Positions 35,180 through 48,400 of a stretch of DNA of 64,000 nt are shown one piece after another; the first letter of the stretch is position 1, and each line of letters starts with the position of its first letter. The notes under the pieces were generated by a model. The model searched no databases. It had not been told where the DNA came from and was given only the letters and a program-made list of their open reading frames with translations. Source of the stretch: Malacoraja senta (taxonomy: Eukaryota); NCBI GenBank assembly GCA_038087875.1, contig CM075987.1, positions 27,530,001 to 27,594,000 on the forward strand, written 5' to 3'. The position numbers were made by a program, and so were the translations under genes.

Positions 35180-35720
35180 GAGAATAGACACAAAAAGCTG
35201 GAGTAACTCAGCGGGACAGGCAGCACCTCTGGAGAGAAGGAATGGGTGACGTTTCGGGTCGAGACCCTTCAGACAGTCAGGGGAGAGGGAGATACAGAGA
35301 TAAGGAAGTGTAAAGCATGAAAACGAGACAAAGGGACAAAGTCCATTGTTGGCTGTGGACGAGGTGATAATGTAGGGATACAAACAGTGAAACTAGCAGG
35401 ACGACTAGGATGGGGGAGGGATGGAGAGAGAGGGAAAGCAAGGGTTACTTGTTGTTAGAAAAATCAAATTCATACCCCTGGGGTGTAAGCTGCCCAAGCA
35501 AAATATGAGGTGCTGTTCCTCCAATTTGTGCTGGGCCTCACTCTGACAATGGAGGAGGCCCAGGACAGAAAGGTCAGTGTGGGGAGAAGAGTTGAAATGT
35601 TTGGTAATTGCGCGTTTGCATAGGCCAAGGGGAACTGAGCGTAGGTGTTCAGCGAAACGATCGCCCAGTCTGTGCTTGGTCTTGCCGATATATAGGAGTC
35701 CATCTTCGGTGGAAACCAGC
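35180..35720 (-). mobile_element. Penelope-like element remnant (GIY-YIG endonuclease plus terminal repeat)
   Basis: LLYIGKTKHRLGDRFAEHLRSV...HFNS...KLEEQHLIFCLGSLHPRGMN. Followed by the terminal repeat that recurs throughout the window. Confidence 0.9.
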
Positions 35721-36273
35721 ATCTTCCAAGATGGGCCCCAACCCAGGCGACTATTTGCCTGCTAGCCACAGAAGCAGATCTACAATCACACATTACAATC
35801 GCTCCGCATTCTTAAATCTCTACTCCGACAGTAACATTTCTTACTTTAACTATGTATCTTGTATCTATACACTGTAAATGGCTCAATTGTAATCATGTAT
35901 TGTCTTTCTGCTGACTGGTTAGCACGCAACAAAAGCTTTTCACTGTACCTCGGTACACGTGACAATAGACTAAACTGAACATCTGCAGTTCCTTCCTTCA
36001 CAGTCAGATGACACGCAGTATAACCTCTTCTTTCAGCCTTCAGGCTATTAAACACTACAACCTCAAATAAGCTCTGAACTACAATAGATTATTATTATTG
36101 TGTACTTGTGAGTATGTGTATATATACACACTGATTTTTTTTCTTCTCTTGTTTATCATATTGATTACAGTGTACTATGTCTACATATTCTGCTGTGCTG
36201 CAGCAAGTAAAAATGTCATTGTTCTATCTGCGACATATGACAATAAAACACTCTTGATTCTTCCCCTAGAGCC

Positions 36274-36433
36274 ATGGCAGAGTGGCAGCGATTCTATAAC
36301 ATTGTGGATGAGACCCTGTGTGATAATGTCGTCTGTCAACATCCACTGTGCTGGGCAACCTTCAGACGTCTGGAGCGCGGCCTTCCACGCATCAGATTAC
36401 AGCCTGTCCGCAAGTTCCCTCCAGAAAAGCAAG
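36274..36433 (+). CDS. C9orf43: C9orf43-like first coding exon
   Basis: Acceptor at 36269, Kozak GCCATGG, CQHPxCW motif, donor gtaaag phase 1. Confidence 0.88.
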
Positions 36434-39400
36434 GTAAAGGTGTAGTTTGGTTTTAGTTTAGAGATGCAGTGCGGAAACAGGCCCTTCGGCACACCGAGTC
36501 CATACCGACCAGCGATCCCCGCACATTAACACTCACTATCCTACACATAATTTACAAATACACCAAGCCAATTAACCTACAAGCCTGGGAGGAAACCGAA
36601 GATCTCGGAGAAAACCCTTGCGGTTACGGGGAGTCGTACAAACCCGGCACAGACAACACCCTTAGTCGGGATCGAACCCGGGTCTCTGGCGCTGCAAGCG
36701 CTGTACCGCTGTACCGCTGTACTGCAAGCAACTCTACCGCTACGCCATCGTACCGCCCATAAAGGTGTAGTTTGGTTTGGGAACATCTCCCATCCAAAAC
36801 CACAATGAAATTGCAGCGAATTGTGGACGCAGCGCAGACCATCACACAAACCAACCTCCCTTCCATTGACTCCATTTACACCTCACGCTGCCTCGGCAAG
36901 GCTAGCAGCATAATCAAGGATGAGTCGCACCCTGGCCACTCCCTCTACTCCTGTCTCCCATCAGGCAAAATGTATAGAACGCACACCTCCAGATTCAGGG
37001 ACAGTTTCTTCCCAGCTGTTATCAGGAAACTGAACCATCCTACCACAACTAGAGAATAGACCAGAACTTCTATCTACCTCATTGGTGACCCTCGGACTAT
37101 CTTTGATCGGACTTTACTGGACTTTATCTTGCATTAAACATTATTCACGTTATTCGCTTTATCATGTATATATACACTGTGGACGGCTCGATTGTAATCA
37201 TGTATTGTCTTTCCGCTGACTGGTTAGCACGCAACAACAGGTTTTCACTGTACCTCGGTACACGTGACAATAAACTAAACTCAAGTTTGTAGTTGGTGAG
37301 GTTGAGCGTAAGTGAAGTGATTCCATTGATGGTCCAGGAATTCACTACCACCACAGATTAGTTAATACACAACAATATTTCAGCTGAATTTAGATCAAAG
37401 ATACAGTCAATCACACAAGGTTTACAGTGTACCAGTGTGAGTAAGTTGGATTAATATCAGTAGGATGGCACAGTGGCGCAGCAGAGGAGTTGCTGCCTCA
37501 CAGCGCCAGAGACCCGTGTTTGATCCGAACTGCGGGTGCTGTCTATATGGAGTTTGTCCGTTCTCCCCATGACCTGTGTGGGTTTTCTCCGGGACATTCC
37601 ATGTGAGTTAATGGTGAGATGTCCGCCAGTGTGACGTTTTCTTAATTGTAATAACTGGTTATGATATGGAATATACTATCTGAAGGGGTGGTGGAAGAGG
37701 GTTCTGTCATAACCTACAGTGGTAGTGGATAAATACTTGAAAAGAGAAAGAAATTGCAAGGTTGTGGGTAAGTGAAGGAGTGAGATTATTTGGATGTCTT
37801 ATTTCACAGAGTGACTGCTAATTCCCATTTACAATTACCCTCATAGAGTCATGGAGCCTTACAGCATGGAAACAGGCTCACACTGCTCACACTTGCTAAC
37901 ACTGGCCAACATGTAGCTACACTAGTCCCACCTACCTGCATTTGGCCCATATCCCTATAAACCTGTCCTATCCATGTGCCTGTCTAAATGTTTCTTAAAC
38001 GTTGCGATGGTACCTGCCTCAACTACCTCCTCTGGCAGCTCGTTCCTTACACCTTACACCTAACACCCTTTGTGTGAAAATGTTACCCCTCAGCTTATTA
38101 AATCTCCCCCCCCCCCCAGCTTAAACCTACGTCCTCTGGTTCTCGATTCCCCTACTCTGGGCAAGAGACTCTGTGTGTCTACCCGATCTATTCCTCTCAT
38201 CATAAGATCACCCCTCATCCTCCTGCACTCCAAGGAAAAGTCCCAGCCCCAGACCTCTCCCCAAAGCTCAGCCTGTCGAGTCCTGGCAACATCTTCATAA
38301 ATCTATGATGAACAAAATGTCTTCCTTTGATATATAGTTTGTTACAAATGATAGTTGGAGGAGGGCTTGGCTTCTGAAGACATGCATATCAGTGATTGTC
38401 TGCTTTCATTTGCAGATGATCTTCCTCCTCTGAATATACTGGAGCTCCCTCAGTGGAGTGCAGACAAAGCCATTGATGTATCTTCTGCGCCTATAATTTC
38501 AAGGAAAACAGCTATTAGTGTGCAGTCCTATAAATCAGCCCATCCAGATATCTTGCAGTCTACCAGTATGTTGGGGACCAGCCTTGGAAGCAGGTGAGGA
38601 CTGAGAGAGAACCCAACAAAATATCTCTTGTAGGGGAGTCGAGGACCAGAGGGCATAGGTTTAAGGTGAAGGGGAAAGATTTAATAGGAGTCTGAGGGGG
38701 TAACGTTTTCACACAAAGGGTGGTGGGTGTATGGAACAAGCTGCCAGAGGAGGTAGTTGAGGCTGGGACTATCCCAATGTTTAAGAAACAGTTAGACAGG
38801 TACATGGATAGGACAGGTTTGGAGGGATATGGACCAAATGCAGGCAGGTGGGACTAGTGTAGATGGGACATGTTGGCCGATGTGGGCAAGTTGGGCTGAA
38901 GGGCCCGTTTCCACGCTGTATCACTCTATGACTCTTGACTCTAAAATATCATCAGCCATTCGGCTGGGTCTAAATTTGATCAGAGATCAGAACAGAGATT
39001 CGTAATCTTTTTCAAATCTTAGTTTAGTTTTTTTTAGTTTAGAGATACATTATGGAAACAGGCTCTTCGGCCCACCGAATCGGCACCGACCAGCGATCCC
39101 CGCAACATTTACATTACCCTACACACGCTAGTGACAATTTTGCATTTATACCAAGGCAATTAACCTACAAACCTGTACGTCTTTGGTGTGTGGGAGGAAA
39201 CCGAAGATCTCGGAGAAAACCCACGCAGGTCACGGGGAAAACAGAAGTGATTAGAGTGGATGTGGAGAGGATGTTTCCACTGGTGGGAGAGTGCAGGACT
39301 AACGGTCATAGCCTCAGAATTAAAGGACGTTCTTTTAGGAAGGAGATGAGAAGACATTTCTTTAATTAGAGGGTGGTGAATCTGTGGAATTCTTCGGCAC

Positions 39401-42400
39401 AGACGGATGTGGAGGCCAAGTCAGTGGATATTTTTAAGGCAGAGATAGATAGATTCTTGATTAGTACGGGTCCCAGATGTTATGGGGAGAAGGCAGGAGA
39501 ATGGGGTTAGGAGAGAGAAATAGATCAATCATGATTGAATGGCAGATGACTTGATGGCCGAATGGCCTAATTCTACTCATATCCCTTGTGATTAGCGACT
39601 GTATTCTGCCTATTTCACTGCAGTGGCATTCACCTTTACATCTGTGTAGCACAATTGTTTGTCTCACATATTCCATATTCTCTCATATATGAAATACCAT
39701 GCTTTTGATACGCCTCAAAGGAGAGCACAGTCACATGCTCACACAGAAACACCTCTCCAAAACATGCACCACCCATCAAAATACAGATAACTGTTCCTTT
39801 ACTGAATCTAAATACTTCAACACTCCCCAAAGGTGCAGCAAGAGGACCTACCTGAGTGTAGCAGTTTAAAACAAAAGTGGCTTCTCTCACGTAAACTATC
39901 TCACACAATTAAACAGTCTTCAATACTGTTTGAAGCACGGTTCCAACCCAAAACGTCACCTATCCATGTTCTGCAAAGATGCTGCCTGAACCGCTGAGTT
40001 ACTCCAGCACTCTGTGAAACGTCACCTATCCATGTTCTCCAGAGATGCTGCCTGACCCGCTGAGTTACTCCAGCACTCTGTGAAACGTCACCCATTCCTT
40101 CTCTCCAGAGATGCTGCCTGTCCCGCTGAGTTACTCCAGCACTTTGTGTCTAACTTTGGGGTGATTGTAATGTTTGATAGCAGATCCTCTTCTGGGATCA
40201 GCATGCAAAGAGTCACGTAGCTCAGGTGAATTCTTTAGTCTTCAATACTGACAATCTTAGTTGCATGTGTACATGCCGCCACATGTTTACATATAATCTT
40301 CTGCATGCAGAGTTGATTAACAGTGACAGAGATTTACTTTTCTTCATACATTTTTTACACAAAGGGTGGTAGGCGTATGGAAATGGCTACCGGAAGAGGT
40401 AGTTGAGGCAAGTACTATCACAACATTTGGACAGGTACATGGATAGGAAAATAGGAAATTCAAGTAGACTTGTTGGGCCAAATGACCTAACTGCAGCTAT
40501 GACTTATGAACATGATATGGGCCATCACAGGCAGGTGGGACTAATGTTGGTCAGCATGGGCAAGTTAGGCCGAAGGGCCTGTTTCCACACTGTATGTATA
40601 ACTATTATAGCAGAAGATCACTATTACACAATAATAGAAGTGCATTTAGATCGCAGAATTGCTGCTACTTAACTAATACTCAAGTACTTAACTAATACAT
40701 GATCAAGAGATGATCCATCAAGATTCAGATATTGGGGATTATCATTGGCAATCACAGCTACAGGGTATTATAGGATCAGAGTTATAAATCTAATTTAGGA
40801 GTCCTGGAATCATTAATATCTATCCCTGGGTAATCAGTAACAGAAAACAGTAACCTGGAACTTTGCAATGAGCAGATCTTATTTTGATGTGTATAATATT
40901 TACCTATGTTGTTAGTTTGGCATGTACCTTGTCTCTTTGATGTTAACGCCTGATTTCTGCTATTACAGTATGGAATTTGTGCGCTTTACCGGAAGTCGTT
41001 CTTCTTCTCCTCCAAGCAGGGACAGACCTGTCAGTGTCAGAAAGGTTGGTGTGAAGGGGCTTGTGGTGAGGGCTGGACTATTGTAGGTTTATACATAGAG
41101 TCATAGAGTCTTATAGCCTGGAAACAGGTGCTTCAGCCCAACTTGCCCACAACAGCCAACGCCACCCTTTGTGTGAAAAAGATACCCCTCAGATTCCTAC
41201 TAAATCTTTTCCCCATCATCTTGAACCAATGTCCTCTGGTCCTCGATTCACCTACTGTGGGCAAGAGATTCTCTGCATCTACCCGATCTATTCCTCTCAT
41301 GATTTCATACACCTCGATAAAATCACCCTTCATCCATCAAGAAAGAGAGTCCTAGCTTGCTCAACCTCTCTCTATAGCTCAGACCCTCAAGTCCTGGCCT
41401 CGTAAATCTACGATGAACAAAATTTCTCTGTACCCTTTCCAGCTTGACAACATCTTTCCTGTAACATGGTGCCTAATCTGAACACAATACTCTAAATGCA
41501 GCCTCACCAATGTCTTATACAACTGCAACATGACCTCCCAACTTCTATACTCATGGTGAAGTTGTCCCTTGTTGAAATTGGAGATTGGAATTATCATGCA
41601 TTAGTGAGCCCTGGGTCAATATCAAGAGGGTGTTAGATTTAGCTCTTAGGACTAACGATATCAAGAGATCTGGGGAGAATGCAGGAGCGGGGTACTGATT
41701 CTGGATGATCAGCCATGATCATATTGAATGGCGCTGCTGGCTCGAAGGGCTGAATATCCTACTCCTGCACCTATTTTCTATGTAATATGCTGTTGCTAAT
41801 TCCGGTTAGATATATTGCTATTGCATACATGCTTTACCTGACATCTTCATGCCCTCCCAAAACCAATTGGAGACGGAATAGGTTGTTACCATCTACCATA
41901 TAACCATCAGTTATTTAATATTGTGTCCCAGATGCAATATTTTTATAACTGATAAATTTTAATGTTCAGAAGAGATTTTTAAGAACACAGCATTTTTATT
42001 GCCCTATCATTTTTTCTCCGGCATTTCCACGTTGTTATGTTATTATCATTGATAGACACAAAATGCTGGAGTAACTCAGCGGGACAGGCAGCATTTTTGG
42101 AGAGAAGGAGTTGGTGACGTTTCGGAAGGAAGGTCTCGACCCGAAATGTCACCCTTTCCTTCTCTCCAGAGATGCTGCCTGTCCTGCTGAGTTACTCCAG
42201 CGTTTTGTGTCTACCTTCGATTTAAACCAGCATCTGCAGTTCTTTCCTACATACAGGCTGCATATGACTCTATGACTGGCTCAATAACTCATTATGGAGA
42301 AAAAATGAACCATTTTAAGGCTTGAAATCTGCCATCAGCTTTGCCCTTAATGTGTAGGATGCGAAACTGGGATAACATAAAACTAGTGTTTGTGTGATCG

Positions 42401-45400
42401 ATGGTTGGTGTGGACTTGGTGGGTCGAGGGGCCTGTTTCCACGCTGTATCTCTAAACTAAACTACATATTGTGACAAAATGATCTATTTTATTGGTGTTG
42501 ATTACTATGTATTTTTATAGATAGAGTTATTGTTCTGAGTGAGAAAGACAGAATAATGCCAATCCATCCGCGTGCCACATGATGGGACCCAGGAGGCTTG
42601 ATGTACTGTCTCCTTGCAATAATCATTTACTCTTGGTCAGGTTGACAATTAAAATTAGATAAGAAAATAAATATTTGTATTGTGGCATTTTAGTACAGAA
42701 GTGTATATTGACTTGTAAAAGTACCAGCAGATCCCATTCACAATGTTCCCTCTGTCTGTAGGTTGAGGTGATAGATTTGCGTCAACAGCCTTCCACCTGT
42801 GACCAGTACATGGGGAAGACCACCTTTATCTGGGTTCCAAACCCTAGGAACAAGAGGAAGTGGCCGAAGAAGCACGCAAAATCGTAAGGAAGAACAGCAG
42901 ATGATTGCCCAGAAATTAGATTGCTCAGATATTATCAGAAATGATCAGAGCAATCTAGGGTGGCACGGTGGCACAGCGGGTAGCGTTGCTGCCTCACAGC
43001 GTCAGAGACCCAGGTTCCATCCCGACTACGGGTGCTGTCTGTACGGAGTTTGTACGTTCTCCCTGTGACCTGCGTGGGTTTTCTCCGAGATCTTCGGTTT
43101 CCTCCCACACTACAAAGATGTACAGGTTTGTAGGTTATTTGGCTTGGTCTGTGTGTAAATTGTCCTAGTGCAGGATGGTGTTAATGTGCGGGGATCGCTG
43201 GTCAGCGTGGACTCGGTGGGCCGAAGGTCCTGTTTCCACGCTGTATCTCTAAATTGAACTAAATTAAATCTCGCTGCCCATAGCAACCATCAATCAGTGT
43301 AGAAGACGAATGATTCTGAGCTGCAATGGTCAAATTATGGAAGGGTGCCTTGTATTCCCTTTCCTATGGAATATTACTGCGGGACAAGTGAGGTATTAAA
43401 GCATTTTGTATGGAGATAAATTATTTATTGCGATGGGGCCAATTCATTGCATGGAATGAAGAGAGATCCTGGAGTTAAGATACAGGTTTGTCATTATCCA
43501 ATTGAAGGGGACATATTCAAGGGGCTGAATGGGTCTTCTGGGCCTTTGATCTGGAAATCTATTCAATCATGGCTCAATCTCTCAATATGCCAAGACAAAA
43601 GACGCGTAATGGCGCTGGTGAAGCTGCAGCCTCACAGAACTAGTGACTAGAACTGAGTTTCCAAATATGAAATCTGAATAAATAAAACCATGTCATGCTC
43701 TACTCCATCACGGAAACTGTGCTGTAACAAAGAAAGTCAGTAAATAGAACGAAAGGTATAGATGTTTATTTAGGTTTTCTTCCAGTTTTTCACATAGCAG
43801 CATAACTCCAAGGTCTGTCTCCTTCAAAGAAATCAGCTTCCAGGGTCAGCCATTTGATCAACTTGATGGACTGTCAGTGGAACAGAAACAAAGACAGAAG
43901 ATGGTGAGTGTCACCAAACCTGGACTTCAGCACCATGTTACTGTCAGCACTACTGGTGTATTTGCAACTGCACACCTGCTGCTGCTTTTAACCAACAATC
44001 ACATTGGTATTGCTCCTTTCAAATCCAAAATGTTCATAGGAGTAGAATCTGGCCATTCGGCCCATCATGTCTACTCCGCCATTTAATCATGGCTGATCTA
44101 GCTCTCCCTCTCAACCCCATTCTTCTGCCTTCTCCCCATAACCCCTGACACTCGTACTAATCAAGAATCTATCAATCTCTGCCTTAAAAATATCCAATCA
44201 CTTGGCCTCCACAGCCATCTGAAATTCCTCCTCAACTCCTTTCCGAAGGTCCATCCTTTTGATCTGAGGCTGTGGCCTCTGGTCCTAGACATGTTGCAAT
44301 GCTTTGAAATCAATAATGTTTTTTTTTAACTGTTAACATGTAAAGAAACATGTGGCTAATTGTCACACTGCAGATTCCCATGGATTATATCGAGGTAAAG
44401 ACCAGACAACCTCTTTCAGTGATGTCAATTATGGGATAATGATTAAGCAGAAGATTGAGCCTGGGTCAGCTCAGTCTAGCATCTAACCGAATAGATGTCG
44501 CATTGTGTGGCTTTCCATTAGTACTGCAATCTGGATATGTAGCCCTGCATAAGAGCGAATTGTAGATTTTCATCCTGCTAACTCAACAACAAGAGTGTAA
44601 TGTTTAAGAAGGAACTGCAGTTGCTGGAAAAATCGAAGGTAGACAAAAATGCTGGAGAAACTCAGCGGGTGAGGCAGCATCTATGGAGCGAAGGAATAGG
44701 TGACGTTTCGGGTCGAGACCCTTCTTCAGACTTCGGGTCTCGATCCGAAATGTCACCCATTCCATCTCTTCGGAGACGCTGCCTGTCCCGCTGAGTAACT
44801 CCAGCACTTTGTTTCTATCTTCAGTTTAAACCAGCATCTGCAGTTCTTTCCTACACGTTTCACCTGACTCAACTATCGCGTCCGGCAACTTGTTCCATGC
44901 ACCCACCATCCCATCCGTGTGAAAAGGTTACCCTTAAGATTCCTATAACATCTTTCCCTCTTCACCGCAGACCTATGACCTCTGGTCCCTACTCTGGGCA
45001 AGAGACTCTGTATTGCATCGCCCATCCAGCCAAAACTTGAATGGTACATTTAGTAGGCTGCCATTCTCCAAAATTGCCCAGACAGTCTCCTTGGCAAGAG
45101 TTGTAGAATAGACCATTTTTCTTCTCCTCAGAGAAAAAAGGCTAAAACTAAGGCACCAACAGGAGGACAGCCATATACCTTCCTTGCCAGAAAACAGCAG
45201 AGCCTGAAGAGATGGAAAGACACACAAAAGCAATTGTATAAAGAGCACAGCAACAAATTAACGGAAGTGGCAAAGGGGATTGTACAGCAAGCAGATCACA
45301 GGTAATGAGGGTAAAATAATTCTACATCGTGCTTCACAATGAAGGAATGAAATCTTCAGTGAGGGGGGACCTCATTGAAACTAATTAAATAGAGAAAGGC

Positions 45401-48400
45401 CTGGGTGGAGTGGGTGTGGAGAGGATGTTTCCACTAGTGGGAGAGTCTAGGACTAGAGGGGGAGAAGGGAAAGGGAGCTGAGGAGCAACGTTTGCACACT
45501 TGAGGGTGGTGGGCGTATGGAACCAGCTCCCAAAGGAAGTGATAGAGGTGAATACAATCACAATGTTTCAAAGATATTTGGACAGGTAATGGATAGAAAG
45601 GTTTTAGAAGTACGTGGGCCAAATGCAGGCAAATAGGACTATCTTGGATGGGCATCTTGGTTGAGTTGGGCTGAAGAGCCTGTTTCCTTGCACATCGAGC
45701 CATAGGGTGATACAGTGTGGAAACAGGCCTTTCGGCCCAACTTGCCCACACCAGCCAACTTGTCCCGGCTACACTAGTCTCACCTGCCTGTGTTTGGTCC
45801 ATATCCCTCCAAATTTGTCCTAGCCATGTACCTGTCTAACTGTTTCTTAAACATTGGGATAGTCCCAGCCTCAACTACCTCCTCTGGCAGCTTGTCCCAT
45901 ACACCCCCCACCCAAAGTTACCCCTCAGATTCTTATTAAATCTTTTCCTCTTCACCTTAAACCTATGTCCTCTGGTCCTAGATTCCCCTACTCTGGGCAA
46001 GAATTTCTGTGCATCTACCCAATTTATTCCTCTCATGATATTACGCACCTCTATAAGATCACCCCTCATCCTCCTGCTCATCAAGGAATAGAGACCCAGC
46101 CGACTCAGCCTCTCCCTATAGCTCAGACTCTCTAGTCCTGGCAACGTGAATCCTCTCTGAACCCTTTCCAGCTTGACAATTTCTTTCCTATAACATGGTG
46201 CCCAGAACTGAACACAATATTCTAAATGCGGTCTCACCAACGACTTTTACAACTGCAACATGGCCTCCCAACTTCTATACTCAATACTCTGACTGATGAA
46301 GGCCAATGTGCCAAAAGCTTTGTTGACCACCTTATCTACCTGCAACTCCACCTTCAAGGAACCATGCACCTGTATTCTTAGATTCCTCTGCTCTGCAACA
46401 CTCCCCAGAGCCCCACCTTTGACTGTGTAGGTTCTGCCCATGTTAAACTTCTCAGATATGCAACACCTCACATTTCTCTGTATGACTGTATGATTCTATG
46501 ACTTGTAGCTAGATGGTGATTTATTTTCTTGCTTTTAACTATCTTTGTAACAAGATATGTTTCTGTTTCTACCGCCTACAGTGACTTTGTGGCAGAGCAA
46601 GGTCTAATACAGCAATATATGGCAGCCAAGAGCCAACCTGCATATAATCGCAATGAGTATCAAGATGCTAGAAAGATTCCAGCTAACATTATGCCAATTC
46701 CAGTCAGTAAGAAAGTTATCCTGCATCATTTCACCGAGAAGCAGAAACAAACTCAGTCACCTTGGTATTCAAGAGGTTTATCCAGAATGGAAGAACAGGT
46801 AAAAACAAAGATGAAATAGTGAAATAGTGATGTGGAACTTATTGCTAACAAATGCAATACGATATGATAGAACTTTACTTATCCCAGGAGGGAAATTGGT
46901 CTGCCAACAGTCATAAAACACAACAAGATCCATGAGACATGAAATTAAAGTGACGAGTGGAATGCTAAGGGAGGTTCTACTGCAGTTGTACATGGTCTTG
47001 GTGAGACCACACCTGGAGTATTGCGTACAGTTTTGGTCTCCAAATCTGAGGAAGGATATTATAGCCATAGAGGGAGTGCAGAGAAGGTTCACCAGACTGA
47101 TTCCTGGGATGTCAGGACTTTCATACGAAGAAAGACTGGATAGACATGGCTTATACTCGCTAGAATTTAGGAGATTGAGAGGGGATCTTATAGAAACGTA
47201 CAAAATTCTTATGGGGTTGGACAGGCTAGATGCAGGAAGATTGTTCCCGATGTTGGGGAAGTCCAGGACAAGGGGTCACAGCTTAAGGATAAGGGGGAAA
47301 TCCTTTAAGACCGAGATGAGGAAAAACTTTTTCACACAGAGAGTGGTGAATCTCTGGAACTCTCTGCCACAGAGGGTAGTTGAGGCCAGTTCATTGGCTA
47401 TATTTAAGAGGGAGTTAGATGTGGCCCTTGTGGCTAAAGGGATCAGGGGGTATGGAGAGAAGGCAGGTATGGGATACTGAGTTGGATGATCAGCCATGAT
47501 CATATTGAATGGCGGTGCAGGCTCAAAGGGCCAAATGGCCTACTCCTGCACCTATTTTCTATGTATCTATGTTTGGGGATGTGCAAGGATTTTTTTTGGG
47601 GGGGGGGAGGTAGGGGGAAGCGAGGGGGAAGGCGAGTCAGTCTACTCCATGACAGAGGGGGACGAGTTGTACAGTTTGATAGCCACAGGGAAGAAGGATC
47701 TCCTGTGGCGTACTGTGCTGCATCTTGGTGGAACCAGTCTGTTGCTGAAGGTACTCCTCAGGTTGACCAGTGTCATGGAGGGGGTGAGCGGTATTGTCCA
47801 GGATGTTCCGCAGTTTGAGGAGCATCCTCCCCTCCAAGACCACCTCCCATGAATCCAACTGCCCCCCCCAGGACAGAGCCAGCCTTCCTGATGAGTTTGT
47901 TAATTCTGTTGCCGTCCGTGGCCTTCACCCTGCTGCCCCAGCACACGGCAGCGGAGATGATGGCACTGGCTACCAGCGATTGGTAGAACATCTGCAGCAT
48001 CTTACTGCAGATGTTGAAGGAGTGGAGCCTACTCAGAAAGTACAGCTGGCTCTGTCCCTTCTTGTACAGGGCCTCAGCGTTCCTGGACCAGTCCAGTTCA
48101 CTGTCCAGGTACACTCCCAGGTACTTGTACTCCCTGGGAAACTGCACATAGACTGATGGAGTCAGGACAGGGGAGTTCCTCTCCCCGCTGAGTTACTCCA
48201 ACATTTTGTGTCTATCTTCAGCCAAAACATTAACTGTGACCATCTCTTAAGGCCATAAGGTCATGTGATAGAAGCAGAATTAGGCCATTCGGCCCATTAA
48301 GTCTACTCCGTCAATCAATCATGGCTGATCTATCTTTCTCTCACAACCCCACAGCCTTCTCCCCATAATCCCTGACACCTGTACTAATCAAGAATCTATC

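Noticed and set aside
42960..43035. tRNA gene
   Set aside because: tRNA-derived head of a SINE, continuous with the SINE body.
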